Shown here: piece after piece, positions 24,925 through 38,329 of the stretch | Layout: each line of letters starts with the position of its first letter | Position numbering within the stretch: the stretch's first letter is position 1 | Assembly: GCA_002104905.1 (NCBI GenBank) | Contig: MCFE01000100.1 | Span: forward strand, 62,001-126,000 | Reading direction: 5' to 3' | Length of the DNA stretch: 64,000 nucleotides | Source: Basidiobolus meristosporus CBS 931.73 | Taxonomy: Eukaryota > Fungi > Basidiobolomycota | Program-made: the position numbers and the translations under genes | The notes under the pieces: model-generated | Told to the model about the DNA's origin: nothing | The model's input: only the letters and a program-made list of their open reading frames with translations | Databases searched by the model: none

Positions 24925-27900
24925 TGCCGCAATTAATAAAGTGATTTGGATATAAGGAACTTAACAAGAAATAGATATAATAGTTGAACTGCTGTTTATT
25001 CATAAAAAAGCATAGTATTTATACCTTTGTAGTAGTAATGCAGTTGTAGCACTGATAAAGGAGGGTTTCTCAACTTTCTTGAATATTTTGTAACAGTTTC
25101 AGGGCTAGTACACAATATATGGTAAAGTACTAATCTGATCTTGACTATGGTGAAATAATCATAGGATCATAGATCTGAAGAAAGTGGCAAAGTTAGGGCT
25201 ATAGGTTAGTCCTATGGTGACCAAGAATTGTCTGCAATTGTCAAGTAAATTCAGCTGCTGAATGAGACCAAATAGTCCAATCCTTCAACACTGCCCCTCA
25301 ACTAAATAATTTCTTAATCATACTTCCTCTCTGTGATTCTCAAATTGTGACCTAGTTAGTGGTATTGTCAATATATCTGCCACTGTTTTGTCAATTGGGC
25401 AGTAAACTAACTCTACTAAGGTATTTTCTACAGCTTCCCTCACAAAGTGGTGTTTTACATATATGTGCTTAGTTCTAGCATGATAAGCAAGATTCCTAGC
25501 TAGTGAAATACAACTTTGATTATCCTTGTAAATACATGTTGGTTCATCTGAGTTAAAACCTAAGTCTTTGAGTAATCTTTGTAGCCATATAGCCTCCTTA
25601 GTTGCTTGACAAGCAGCCATATACTCAGCATTGGTTGTAGATAGGGCCACAGTTAGTTGTTTCTTGCAATTCCAAGTAATAACTGCACCACCATAAACAA
25701 ATACATACCCAGTGGTGGAGTGTCTGTCAGTCTGGTCTCTGCCCCAATCTGAGCTATCATAACCATCAAATATTTGCCTATTACCTGCTCCAGAGCATTC
25801 CAGTGCCATATTGATGGTACCATTTATATAGCTGAAAATCTGCTTAACTGCTGTAACTATATGATCCATAACTCCACATGAATTGACTAACAATTCCAAC
25901 TATCACTGTAATATCTGGACATGTAGACACCATCAAGTACATCATGCTATCAACCTTTGATTAATAGGGAAGGTTTTGGCCAATATTTCAGCCTTTATCC
26001 CCTCAAACTGGCTGAGAATTGCTCAGGTTCAGGTCATTGTCCATAGGGGTAGCTGCAGGCTGGCAATTTTTCATTTTGAAGCGTCTAAGAGTGTCCCTGA
26101 TGAATCTAGGCTGATTCAGCATGATTTTCTGTGTAGGTATGTCAAACTTGACTTCAGTTCCAAGATAATAGCTCTAATTTCTAAGATCTTTCATCTCATA
26201 TGGGCTGAAGAGATCTGATTTTTTCTGTTTCAGTGCCTTCTAGTCATATGTAGCTATTACTAGGTTGTCCACATAATGAACTAGGATGATTAAATCCTTT
26301 TTAAGTGGTTTCACATATGTACTGTGATCTGAAGTGCTAAAAATGAGCCTAATCTCATTGATATATGTGTCAATATTGTTACACCATGCTCTAGATGCCT
26401 GCTTAGTACATATTGTTTGGTAATACTGCTAATTTGATCCTGACTATAGGGGAATAATCATAAGATCATATATCTGGAGAAAGTGGCAAAGTTAAGGCAG
26501 TGAATAAGTCCTACAGTGACTAAGACTAGTCTAGAATTGTTAAGTAAATTTTTAGCTGCTGAATGAAACCAAATAGTCCAATATTTCAACATGCACACCT
26601 TATGGGGGCCTTTTGGATCGGTAAAACCTTCTGGTTGCTCCATATACATAGTTTCATGCATATCCCCATTTAGAAAGACTGTTTTGACGTCCATTTGGTG
26701 TAGATCTAGACTGTGTACAGCTGCCAGGGCTAGAACTGTCCAAATAGAGTTAAACTTAGCAACCAGAGCAAATGTTTCCTTAAAGTCTAGTCCCTGGACC
26801 TGGGAGTAGCCTTTAGCTACCAATCTAGCCTTGTACTTATCAATGGCACCATTTGAGGTTATCTTGATCTTGTAGACCCATCTACATCCTATTGGCTTTC
26901 TCCCATTTGGTAAATCTACCAGTTCCCACATTTTTGCCTTGATCAATGATTGGTACTCCTTCTGCATGGCTTGTTGCCACTTAGTAGCATCTTGACCTTG
27001 CATTGCCTGTTCCAGATTCTGAGGTTCAGCACATAAGGCAAGATAAGCTTCTTCATGATCATTGGATGTCTGCCACCAGCATCCAGGGGCATTTCTTGTT
27101 CTGGTAGATCTCCTAACTGAGACTATCTGTTCTGATCTGGAACTGGTAGAAGTATCTTCCATCTCTGGCTGGATTTGGTATGTATCTACTTCATTTGTGT
27201 TGATTGCATCATCAGGCAGCTGGCCAATAATTTCCATGGCTTTCTGATCTGAATTCTCCTCAAATACAATGTCCCTGCTCTTGATCAGCTTCTGAATTTT
27301 GCCATCATACACTCTATACCCTTTAGTATCTTCACAATACCCAAGAAAGATCCCTTTTCTACTCTTTGGCTCCAACTGTGAGCGTTTTTTGTCAGGGATG
27401 TGATAAAAAACATCACTGCCAAAGATCCTGAGGTGCTGGAGATCTGGTTTTTTGCCTGTGTATGCTTCAAAGGGGGTAGAATTACGTAGTGCTGTTGTTG
27501 GGTATCTGTTCTTGATGTATACAGTGGTAGCAACAGATTCAGCTCAAAACTTGTAGTCCATTCCCTTATCATGTAACATAGATCTTCCCATCTCTACTAT
27601 TGTTCTATTTACATGTTCTGCTACTCCATTTTGCTGTGGAGTATGAGGAACTGTGGTCTGTTGAAGTATACCAGTAGACAAGCAGTATTTTGCAAACTCC
27701 TTTGAGCAGTATTCTCCTCCATTGTCACTTTGTAGTACCTTCAATTTAAACCCAGTTTGTGTTTCTGCCATGTTCTTGAAGTGCTTAAATGTCTCTAAAG
27801 CTTCATCCTTTGTTTTGAGGAAGTACACCCATGTACATCTTGTCTTGTCATCAATAAACGTCATAAAGTATCTCTTTGCTCCAAAGGACAGTGTTCTCAT

Positions 27901-30900
27901 GGGGCCACATATGCCTGAGTGTACAATAGCCAATATTTTGGTGGTATTGATTCCTTCTGAGTACTTGAAACGTTGCCAAGCTTGTTTCCCATATGAACAT
28001 CCCTTACAAACATTCAATCTGATTGGAATTGAGTATTTTAGGCTCAAAACAAGCTGATTTTGCACCAATTGGCTCATTTTCTGTTCCCCTATGTGTCCTA
28101 ACCTCCTATGCCACGTCTCCCAGTTGGTTTCATCAGTTTCAGCAATGTTGACATACTCAGGTACAATGATCTTGCATTGTAACTTGTATATATTGTGATC
28201 TCTGATTCCCAAAGCTAATCTTTGTCCATTTTCACTCAATATTGAGCAGCTCAGCTTAGTAAAAACAAATTTCAGTCCCTGAGTAGTTGCTTTACTGACT
28301 GAGAGTAGGTTCTTAGCTATTCCAGTTACATAGAGTACGTCAGTCAGTTTTGCTGTTGTTGCCCCTGAGTTATCACTCATATTTAGTTGCATAGACCCAC
28401 TGGCAGTAGCTTCCAATGCAGAGTTATCTCCCAGATAAACCTTTCTTACGGGAATAGTCTTTAAGTTGCTGAAACAATCCTTTATACCACAAATATGCGG
28501 TGATGCACCAGAGTCAATATACCATTCATTACTTTGGTTACTTGCACTCTCTTTTACAGTTACAAATAACTGTTCATCAGTAGTTGTATAGTTTGCCTGC
28601 TCTAGCTTCTGTTTTTTGTCTGCTTGTTTCTTGTTGCATTCTCTTGCCCAGTGTCCTGGCTTTTTACAATAATTGCAGCAACCAGGTTTTCTTTGATTTT
28701 GTTGCTTTCCCCTCTTTCTGAGCACCTTTCTGAGCTGAATAAAGCATTATCATTGATTATCTCTGCTTGAACATTACATCTGAGTTCTTCATGGAGAAGT
28801 CTTCCTAAGACATAGTCTAAAGTCAAATTGTCTTATCTGCTTTCAAAAGAAAGCATGAGTGGCTCATACTTGTCTGGTAGGCTGCAAAGCAGACAGAGTA
28901 TCTTTTCTTCATCATCTACACCAGCATTAATACTGTAAAGTTCTTCTGCTAGTGTCTCCATTTTGGTATTGAGTAGTAGCATGTCATCATCTGGCTTCTT
29001 CCTCATGTTGAAGAACTTTTGTTTCATATAAAGCTTGCTTGATACTGACTTTGCTCTAAAGATCTTCTCTAAGGATTCCCATGCTGCTTTGGTAGTATTT
29101 GAGGCATAGATTTGTCCAATGAAGGAGTTTTGCACATTGATGCATATGGCATTGAAGGCCTTTCTCTTCTTCTCTTGAAACTTCTCCACATCTTCTGCTG
29201 TTCCTTTGGGCTCAACTTCCTTTCCTGTTACTTTGTTCCAAAGCTTTCTTTCCTCATGTGGATCTGCATCTTGATTCTCCAAAGTCTGTAGTTCTTCCCA
29301 TCAAACCTCTCCTTTACAGGGAAGATGTTAGTATTGCTTTGTTTGCTGGTAGAAGTCATCTTTAGAATAGATTAAGGCAATTGGGGCTCATAACCTGTTG
29401 CCATTTAAGAAGTGATTTGGATATAAGGAACTTATTAAGAAATAGTGATAATAGTTGAACTGTTGTTTATTCATAAAGAAGCTCAGTATTTATACCTTTG
29501 TAGAAGTAATACAGCTGCAACACTAAGTAGTGAGGGTTTCTCAATATTCAGGAGCATTGTGTAACAGTTTCAGGGTTAGTACATATTGTTTGGTAATACT
29601 GCTAATTTGATCCTGACTATAGGGGAATAATCATAAGATCATATATCTGGAGAAAGTGGCAAAGTTAAGGCAGTAAATGAGTCCTACAGTGACTAAGACT
29701 AGTCTAGAATTGTTAAGTAAATTTTTAGCTGCTGAATGAAGCCAAATAGTCCAATATTTCAACATGCACACCTTATGGGGGTCTTTTGGATTGGTAAAAC
29801 CTACTGGTTGCTCCATATATATAATTTCTATCAAATCCCCATTCAGAAAGGCTGTTTTGATGTCCATATGATGTAGATCTAGACTGTGTACAGCTGCCAG
29901 GGCTAGAACTGTTCTATTGGAGTTAAGCTTGGCAACCAGAGCAGGTGTTTCCTAAAAGTCTAGTCCCTGGATCTGGGAATAGCCTTTTACCACCAATCTA
30001 GCCTTGTACTTCTCAACAGTACTATATGAGGTTATCTTGGTCTTGTAGGCCCATCTACACCATACTTGCTTTCTCCCATTAGTATTTCTCTCATATCTGC
30101 CTGAATTAGGTACATATCTTCCTCATTAGTGTTGATTGCATCATCAGGAAGCTGGCCAATGATTCTGAATTCTCCTCAAATATAATGTCCCTGCTCTTGA
30201 TCAGCTTCTGGAATTTGCCATTATACACTCTATGCCCATAAGTATTAACACAATACCTATGAAAGATCCCTTTTCTACTCTTTGGTTCCTGCTTAGAGCA
30301 TTTTTTGTCAGGGATATCATAAAAGACACCGCTGCCAAATATCCTGAGGTGCTGTAGGTCTAGTTTCTTGCCTGTATATGCTTCAAAGAGTGTAGAATCT
30401 CCATGTGAAGTTGTTGGGCATCTATTCTTGATTAGTATTGTGGTAGCAACAGACTCAGCCTAAAACTTGTAGTCCTTTAACATATCATATAGCATAGGTC
30501 TTCCCCCATTGCTATTGCTCTATTTGCACATTCCAATAATCTGTTTTGTTATGGAGTATGTGAGCAGTGGTCTGTTGAAGTATACCAGGAGCTGAGCAGT
30601 ATTTTGCAAGCTCCTGTTAGCAGTATTCCTATATATTGTCACTTTGAGGTAATTTCAGTTTATGCTATTTTGTGCTTCTGCCATGTTCTTGAAGTGCTTA
30701 AACATCTCTCAACCCTAATCCATTGCTTTGAGGTAGTACACCCATGGGTATCTTGTCTTGTCATCAATAAACATCATTAAGCATCTCTGGACTCCTAAGG
30801 ACAGTGTTCTCATGGGTCCACATATGTCTAAGTGTACAATAGCCAATATTTTGGTGGTATTGATTCCTTCTGAGCTCCTGCAACATTGCCTAGCTTGTTT

Positions 30901-32335
30901 ACAATATCAACATCCTTTCCAGACACTCAATATAGTTGAAATTGAGTAATTTAGACCAAAAATAAGTGGATTTTTCAGTAATTGGCTTGTAATCTGTTCT
31001 CCAACATGTGCTAGCCTCCTATGCCACATCTCCCAGCTAGAACCATCAATTTTGGCAATGCTGACCTACTCAAATATAACAATCATGCATTGTAACTTCT
31101 TTGTATGGTGATCTCTGATTCCCAAAGCTAGTTTAGGTCTATTCTCACTCAATATTGAGCAGCTCAGCTTAGTAAGAATAATTTTCAGTCCCAAAGTAGT
31201 TGCTATACTCACTGAGAGTAGGATCTTTGCTATTTCAAGTACATAGAGTACATGAGTCAGTTTTCCTGTTGAAGCCTCTGAGATATCACTCCTCTTTAGC
31301 TGCATAGACCCACTGGTAGTAGCTGCCAGTGCAGAGTTGTCCCCTAGATACACCTTTCTTACAGCAATTGTCTTTAAGTTGCTGAACCACTTCTTTATAG
31401 CCCAAATATGTTGTGACGCCCCAGAGTCAATATACCATTCATAATTTTGGCTACTTGCAATCTCTCACAAGGTTACAAATAACTTCTCTGCAGTATTTAT
31501 ATAGTTTGCCTGCTCCAGTTTCTATTTTTCTGCATGTTTCTTCTTGCATTCTCTTGCCCAGCATCCTGGCTTCTCACAGTATTACAGCAACAAGGTTTTC
31601 TTTTATTTTGTTGCTCTCCATTCTTTTCTGTGTGCCTTTCAATGCTGAACTAAGCATTGTCTTCAATTGTCTCTGCTTGATCATTGTATCTGAGTTTGTT
31701 ATGGACAGGTCTTCCTTTGACATTGTGTAGGTCAAGTTGTCTTCTCTGCTTTTAAAAAAAAAGTATGAGTGGCTCAAACCTATCTGGAAGGCTACAAAGC
31801 AGACAGGGTATCTTTCCTTCATCATCCACAGCATATTTGATACTGTAAAGTTCTTTTGTAAGTGTCTCCATTCTGGCTATGGGTTGTAGAATGTCATCCT
31901 CTGGCTTCTTCCCCATGTAGAAGAACTTTCTTTTAAGTAAAGTATGCTTGATACAGACTTTGCTCCAAAGATTCTCTCCAGGGATTCCCATGCTGCTTTG
32001 GCAGTATCAGAAACATGAGCATGCCTGGTCAAGGAATCTTGTACATTGATATATACAGAATTAAAGGCCTTTCTCTACCTCTCTTGATACTTTTAACCTC
32101 TTCTGCTGTTGCTTTGAGCACCAATTTCTTTCCTGTTACAATATTCCAAAGCTCTATTTCCACAGGTTGGATATTCAACCTGACTCTCCAAAGTCCGTAG
32201 TTCTTCTCATAAGACCTCCCTTTTACAGGGAAGATGTATGTATTGTTCAGTTTAATGGCAGATGTCTTCTGTAAAATAGACTTAGGCAATTGGGGCTCAT
32301 TACCTGTTGCATTTCAAGAAGTGTTTTGGAGTATA
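24925..32335 (-). mobile_element. Old Ty1/copia family B element (3' LTR 24925-25290; RT/RNase H 25318-26405; 5' part 29765-32304; 5' LTR stub from 32305) hosting a younger copy
   Basis: PPT CTGCCCCTCAAC next to the LTR. RNase H ORF 25318-25899 (YDSSDW, STTNAEY). PBS GGTAATGAGCCCC at 32304. Both parts are heavily diverged from the younger B copies. Confidence 0.8.
26403..29764 (-). mobile_element. Younger copia family B insert: 5' LTR 29396-29764, PBS, gag-PR-INT-RT to codon KVC, then a 189 bp LTR fragment (26403-26591)
   Basis: PBS GGTTATGAGCCCC at 29395. ORFs 28833-29282, 27544-28725 (CNYCKKPGHWAREC, WYIDSGA, SDNGGEY) and 26592-27375. The LTR fragment is nearly identical to 29576-29764. 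Confidence 0.9.
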
Positions 32336-32478
32336 TGTCTATCACAGCCTCCATATCCTCCAATGCTGATGGAGTGGAGATCCAATGATAGACAAAGCAA
32401 CAAAGTTAAGTCCTCAAAAGGTTATTACAATGCATTAAGTGGGATTTTGCAACATTAATAGGGACACCAAGAGGTTGC

Positions 32479-35400
32479 TGTTGCAATTTAAGAAGTGATT
32501 TGGATACAAGGAACTTATCAAGAAATAATGCTAATAGTTGAACTGTTGTTTATTAGTAAAGAAGCTCAGTATTTATACCTTTGTAGAAGTAATATAGCTG
32601 TAACACTAAGTAAGGAGGGCTTCTCAATACTCAGGAGCATTCTCTAACAGTTTCAGGGTTAGTACATAATTGTTAGTATTAGTGATAATTTGATCCTGAC
32701 TATAGGTGAATAATCAGAGGATCATAGATCAGAAGAAAGTGGCAAAGTTAGAGCTGTAAATCAGTCCCACAGTGACCAAGACTAGTCCAGAATTGTTAAG
32801 TATATTTTTAGCTGCAGAATGATACTAAATAGTCCAATATTTCAACACTCCCCCTCAACTAAATAATTTCTTAATCCTAATTCCTCCCTGAGATTCTCAA
32901 GTTGTGGCCTAGCCAGTGGTTTTGTCAATTTATCTGCCACCATTTTGCTAGTAGGGCAGCACACTAACTCTACTAAGGTATTTTCTACAGCCTCCCTCAC
33001 AAAGTGATGCTGAATATCAATGTGCTTAGTTCTGGCATGATTAGTAGGATCTCTAGCTAATGAAATACAACTTTGATTTTCCTTGTAAACACATGTTGGT
33101 TCATCTGAATTAAAACCTAAGTCCTTGAATAATTTTTGTAGCCATATAGCCTCCTTAGTTGCTTTACATGCTGCCATATATTCTGCTTCAGTTGTATATA
33201 GGTCCACAGTTGGTTGTTTCTTGCAATTGCAAGTAATAGCTGCACCAGCATAAAGAAATACATATATTGTGATAGAGTGTCTGTCAATCAGATACCTACC
33301 CCAATTGGAATCACTATAGCCATCAAATTTTTGCCTATTAGCTGTTCCAGAGTATTCCAGTACCATACTTATGGTACCTTGTAGATATCTGAAAATCTGC
33401 TTAACTGCTGCAATTGGATCTGATCCATAATTTTGCATAAATTGACTCACTATTTCAACTGCCACTGCAATATTGGGACATGTAGGCACCATCAAGTTCA
33501 TTAGGCTACCAACAATTGATTGATTGGGACCATTTTGGTCCATATTTGAACTGTTTTCATCTATAACTGGCTGAGATTTGCTTAATTTCAGGTTATTGTC
33601 CATAGGGGTACCTGCAGGTTTGCAATTTTCCATTTTGAAGCATCTAAGAATGTACCTGATGCTCTTAGATTGTTGAGCACGATTTTCTGCGTAGGTATGT
33701 CAATTTTGACCTCAAATCCAAGAAAATAGCTCAATTTTCCAAGATCTTTCATATCAAACTTGCTGAAGAGATCTGATTTTGTCTGTTTTAGTGCCTCTTG
33801 GTCTCTTGTAGCTATAGTTAGGTTGTACACATAAAGAACCAGGATGATCACACCCTTTTTGAGCTGTTTCACATATATACTGTGACATGCAGTGCTACAA
33901 GAAAACTCAATTTCCTCTAGATAGGTGTCAATCTTGTAATACCATGCTCTAGGTGCCTGCTTAAGCCCAAAAAACAATTTTCTAAGCTTGCACACCTTGT
34001 GGGGGTCTTTTGCATTGGTAAAACCTTCTGGTTGCTCCATATATATAGTCTGTTGAAAATCCCCACTTAGAAAGGCTGTTTGATGTCCATTTGGTGTAGA
34101 TCTGGACTGTTTACAGCTGCCAGGGCTAGAACTGTCCAAATAGAGTTAAACTTGGCTACTGGAGCAAATGTTTCCTTAAAGTCTAGTCCCTGGATCTGGG
34201 AATAGCCTTTAGCCACCAATCAAGCCTTGTACCTACCAACAGCACCATTTGAGGTTATCTTGATCTGGTGGACCCAACTACATCCTATTGGCTTTCTCCC
34301 ATTTAGTAAAACTACCTGTTCCCACGTTTTTGCCTTGATCAGTGATTGGTACTCCTCCTGCATGGCTTGTTGCCATATAGCAGCATCTGGGCTCTGCATT
34401 GCCTGTTGCAGATTCTGAGGTTTGACACATAAGGCAAGATAAGCTTCTTCATGATCATTTTATGTCTGCCACCAGGATCCAAGGGCCTTTCTTATTCTGG
34501 TAGATCTCATAAATGGGATAATCTGTTCTGATCTGGAACTGGTAGAAGTATCTTCCGTATCTGACTGGATTTTGTTTGTATCTTCTTAATTAGTGTTGAT
34601 TGCATCATCAGGCAGCTGGCCAATGATTTCTGTGGCTTTCTGATCTGAATTCTTATCAAATACAATGTCCCTGCTCTTGATCAGCTTCTGAACTTTGCCA
34701 TCATACACTCTACACCCTTTAGTATCTTCAATATACCCAAGAGAGATCCCTTTCCTACTCTTTGGTTCCAACTTTGAGCGTTTTTGACAGGGATGTGATA
34801 AAAAACATCACTGCCAAAGATCTTGAGGTGCTGGAGATCTGGTTTTTGCCTTTATATGCTTCAAAGGGTGTAGAATCATGTAGTGCTGTTGTAGGGCATC
34901 TGCTCTTGGTGTATGCTGTGGTAGCAATAGATTCAGCCCAAAACTTGTAGTCCCTTTCCTTATCATGTAGCATAGATCTTCCCATCTCTACTATTGTTCT
35001 ATTTGCATGTTCTGCTACTTCATTTTGCTGTGTAGTATGAGGAACTGTGGTCTGTTGGAGTATACCAGTAAACAAGCCGTATTTTGCAAACTCATTTGAA
35101 CGGTATTCCCCTCCATTGTCACTTTGTGGTACCTTCAATTTATACCCAGTTTGTGTTTCTGCCATGTTCTCAATGTGCTTAAACATCTCTAAAGCTTCAT
35201 TCTATGTTTTAAGGAAGTACACCCATGTATATCTTGTTTTGTCATCAATAAACGTCACAAAGTATCTCTTGGCTCCAAAGGACAGTGTTCTCATGGGGCC
35301 ACATATGTCTGAGCTTACAATAGCCAGTATTTTGGTGGTATTAATGCCTTCTGAGCTTTTGAAACATTGCCTAGCTTGTTTGCCATATGAACATCCCTTG

Positions 35401-37368
35401 CAAACATTCAATTTGATTGGAATTGAGTATTTTAGGCCCAAAACAAGCTGATTTTTCACCAATTGGCTCATTTTCTGTTCCCCAATGTGTCCTAGCCTCC
35501 TATGCTATGTTGCTCAGTTGGTTTCATCAGAGTAAGCAATGTTGACATACTCAGGTGCAATGATGTTGCACTGTAACTTGTCTATATTGTGATCTCGGAT
35601 TCCCAAAGCTAATTTTTGTCCATTGTCACCCAATATTGAGCAGCTCATCTTAGTGAAACAAATTTCAGTCCTTGAGCAGTTGCTTTACTGACTGAGAGTA
35701 GGTTCTTAGCTATTCCAGGTACATGGAGTATATCAGGGAGTCTTGCTGTTGTTGCCCCTGAGCTATTGCTCATATTTAGTTGTATAGACCCACTTGCAGT
35801 AGCTTCCAGAGCAGAGATATCTCCCAGATAAACCATTCTCATGGGAATAGTCTAAAGTTGCCGAGTCACTCCTTTATACCATAAATATGCTGTGAGGCTC
35901 CAGAGTCAGTATACCATTCATTACTTTGGTTACTTGCACTCTCTTGTATGGTTACAAATAACTGTTCATCAGTAGCTGTATAGCTTGCCTGCTCTAGCTT
36001 CTGTTTTTTGTCTGCTTGTTTCTTCTTGCATTCTCTTGCCCAGTGTCCTGGCTTTTACAATAATTGCAGCAACCAGATTTTCTTTGGTTTTGTTGCTTTC
36101 CCTTCTTTCTGAGCACCTTTCTGAACTGAACAAAGCATTATCATTGATTATCTCTGCTTGAACATTACATCTGAGTTCTTCATGGAGAAGTCTTCCTAAG
36201 ACATAGTCTAAAGTCAAATTGTCTTCTCTGCTTTCAAAAGAAAGCATGAGTGGCTCATACTTGTCTGGTAGGCTGCAAAGCAGACAGAGTATCTTTTTCT
36301 CATCATCTACACCAGCATTGATACTGCAAAGTTCTTCTGCTGGTGTCTCCATTTTGGTATTGAGTAGTAGCATGTCATCATCTGGCTTCTTCCTCATGTT
36401 GAAGAACTTTTATTTTAAGTAAAGCTTGCTTGATACTGACTTTGCTCTGAAGATCTTTGCTAAGGATTCCCATGCTGCTTTTGCAGTACTTGAGGCATGG
36501 ATTTGTCCAATGAAGGAATCTTGCATATTGATACATATGGCATTAAAGGCATTTCTCTCCTTCTTTTGAAACTTCTCCACCTCTTCTGCTGTTCCTTTGG
36601 GCTCAACTTCTTTTCTGTTACTATATTCCAAAGCCTCCGTTCATCAAGGTGGATCTGCATCTTGATTCTCCAAAGTCTGTAGTTCTTTCCATCAAACCTC
36701 TCCTTTACAGGGAAGATGTTTGGGTTGTTCTGTTTGCTAGTAGAAGTCATCTTTTGAATAGATTAAGGCAATCAGGGCTCATAACCTGTTGCAATTTAAC
36801 AAGTGATCCGGATATAAGGAACTTATCAAGAAATAGTGATAATAGTTGAAGTGTTGTTTATTAGTAAAGAAGCTCAATATTTATACCTTTGTAGAAGTAA
36901 TACAGCTGTAACACTGAGTAAGGAGGGCTTCTCAATATTCAGGAGCATTCTGTAACAGTTTCAGGGCTAGTACATATTGTTAGTACTAGTGCTAATTTGA
37001 TACTGACTATAGGGGAATAATTATAAGATCAGACTTGTTCTATCATTCCAGCTGATGTTAGTGCCCAATAGTGCCATAGCATGCCAGATGGTGCCTGATC
37101 ATGCCATAGAGTGCCAGATGGTGCCATACAGTGCCAATTTGGGATCAAAATTGACATGCATATGACCCTAAAATATTAAATTAATAACAAAATATACAGC
37201 ACTTTCTGGCACTATGATCAATGGCACAATGGAACAAGTCTATTATAGATCTGCAGAAAATGGCAAAGTAAGAGCTGTAAATTTGTTCCACAGTGACCAA
37301 GACTAGTCCAAAATTGTTAGGTAAAGTTTTAGCTGCGGAATGATACCAAATAGTCAAATATTTCAACA
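32479..37368 (-). mobile_element. Full-length Ty1/copia family B element (LTRs 32479-32847 and 36787-37368, the latter containing a MITE), TSD GTTGC
   Basis: GTTGC at 32474-32478 and 37369-37373. PBS GGTTATGAGCCCT at 36786; PPT CTCCCCCTCAAC at 32848. Broken gag-pol ORFs 32842-36750. Confidence 0.96.
37031..37241. mobile_element. 211 bp PHIS-type MITE inserted in a copia B LTR
   Basis: TIRs AGACTTGTTC/GAACAAGTCT, flanks ATC/ATT. The empty LTR site reads aagATCatagatc. Reverse complement of the 3552 copy. Confidence 0.95.
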
Positions 37369-38329
37369 GTTGCAGCACTACTTCAAGAGCAGTACTCTAG
37401 AAAGTGCACTTGATTATTGCAAAGACTTGCAGATGAGATGCTGGACCTTGCAGTGCTGGCTGAAGGCCAGGGCATATGCAAACCTGTGTATGAACAGTAG
37501 CATAGAGCCATAAGATTCTTGCCAAAGTCATGGAAACAAAGTGTTACAGTAGAAACACTTATTGGGTGGTGGATCTCAACAGAGTTACATATTGTGTGTG
37601 CATGTTAGTGTAGGTTATAGGGACTTAAGTAGGCAAATACAATTGTAATTGAGTTTAAACTGAGGTTTCAATGGAAATAAATTGATTTGTACACATAAAA
37701 AGTAAGAGAAATGGTTGAGTCAGGAAGTAAGGGGTGTGAACAGGAGGCAATAGCCAATCAATGCACACAAACATAGGAGGCAATAGGGTGTCTGGGACCA
37801 GAAAGTGATAATATTAGCAGAGAACCAGTCAAAAGCCACTTATGTATTGTTTGATGAAAAATTTTGACTATGTTTTTTGTGAAAGCTGGGGTGCAATTAC
37901 TTTCTGATGGTCTTTGTGCAGTGTCCTGATATGATTAATACCTCTCAGTCACAGGACTTGATATTTGTGACAGCCTTTTGACAGTTCCCTTTACCATTCC
38001 CTTAATTGCTGCTATGTCTTTTACTGCTACTTTGTGTGAGTGCATCCTGTATTGAGCTAGGTTTTCTTCTTGCTAAATGCTGCTCTGATGCATATATTTT
38101 GGCCTGCTTGTCCCTTACTGGCATGCTCTTGCCAGCCTGATATTTTTTTTTGCTTGTTTAGAGCTCTCAGCCCTGGTTGAGATGGACTTCTGAGCTCTCC
38201 TCAGCCTTCTGAATATGGCATGCAGAGTGATAGCTCTGAAGTACAAGGCTCACTGATTGGTAGTGAGCATATCACTCCTAACAACCGTACCCTGCATGAT
38301 CCTGGCAAAATCCCAATATGCAATGAGAC

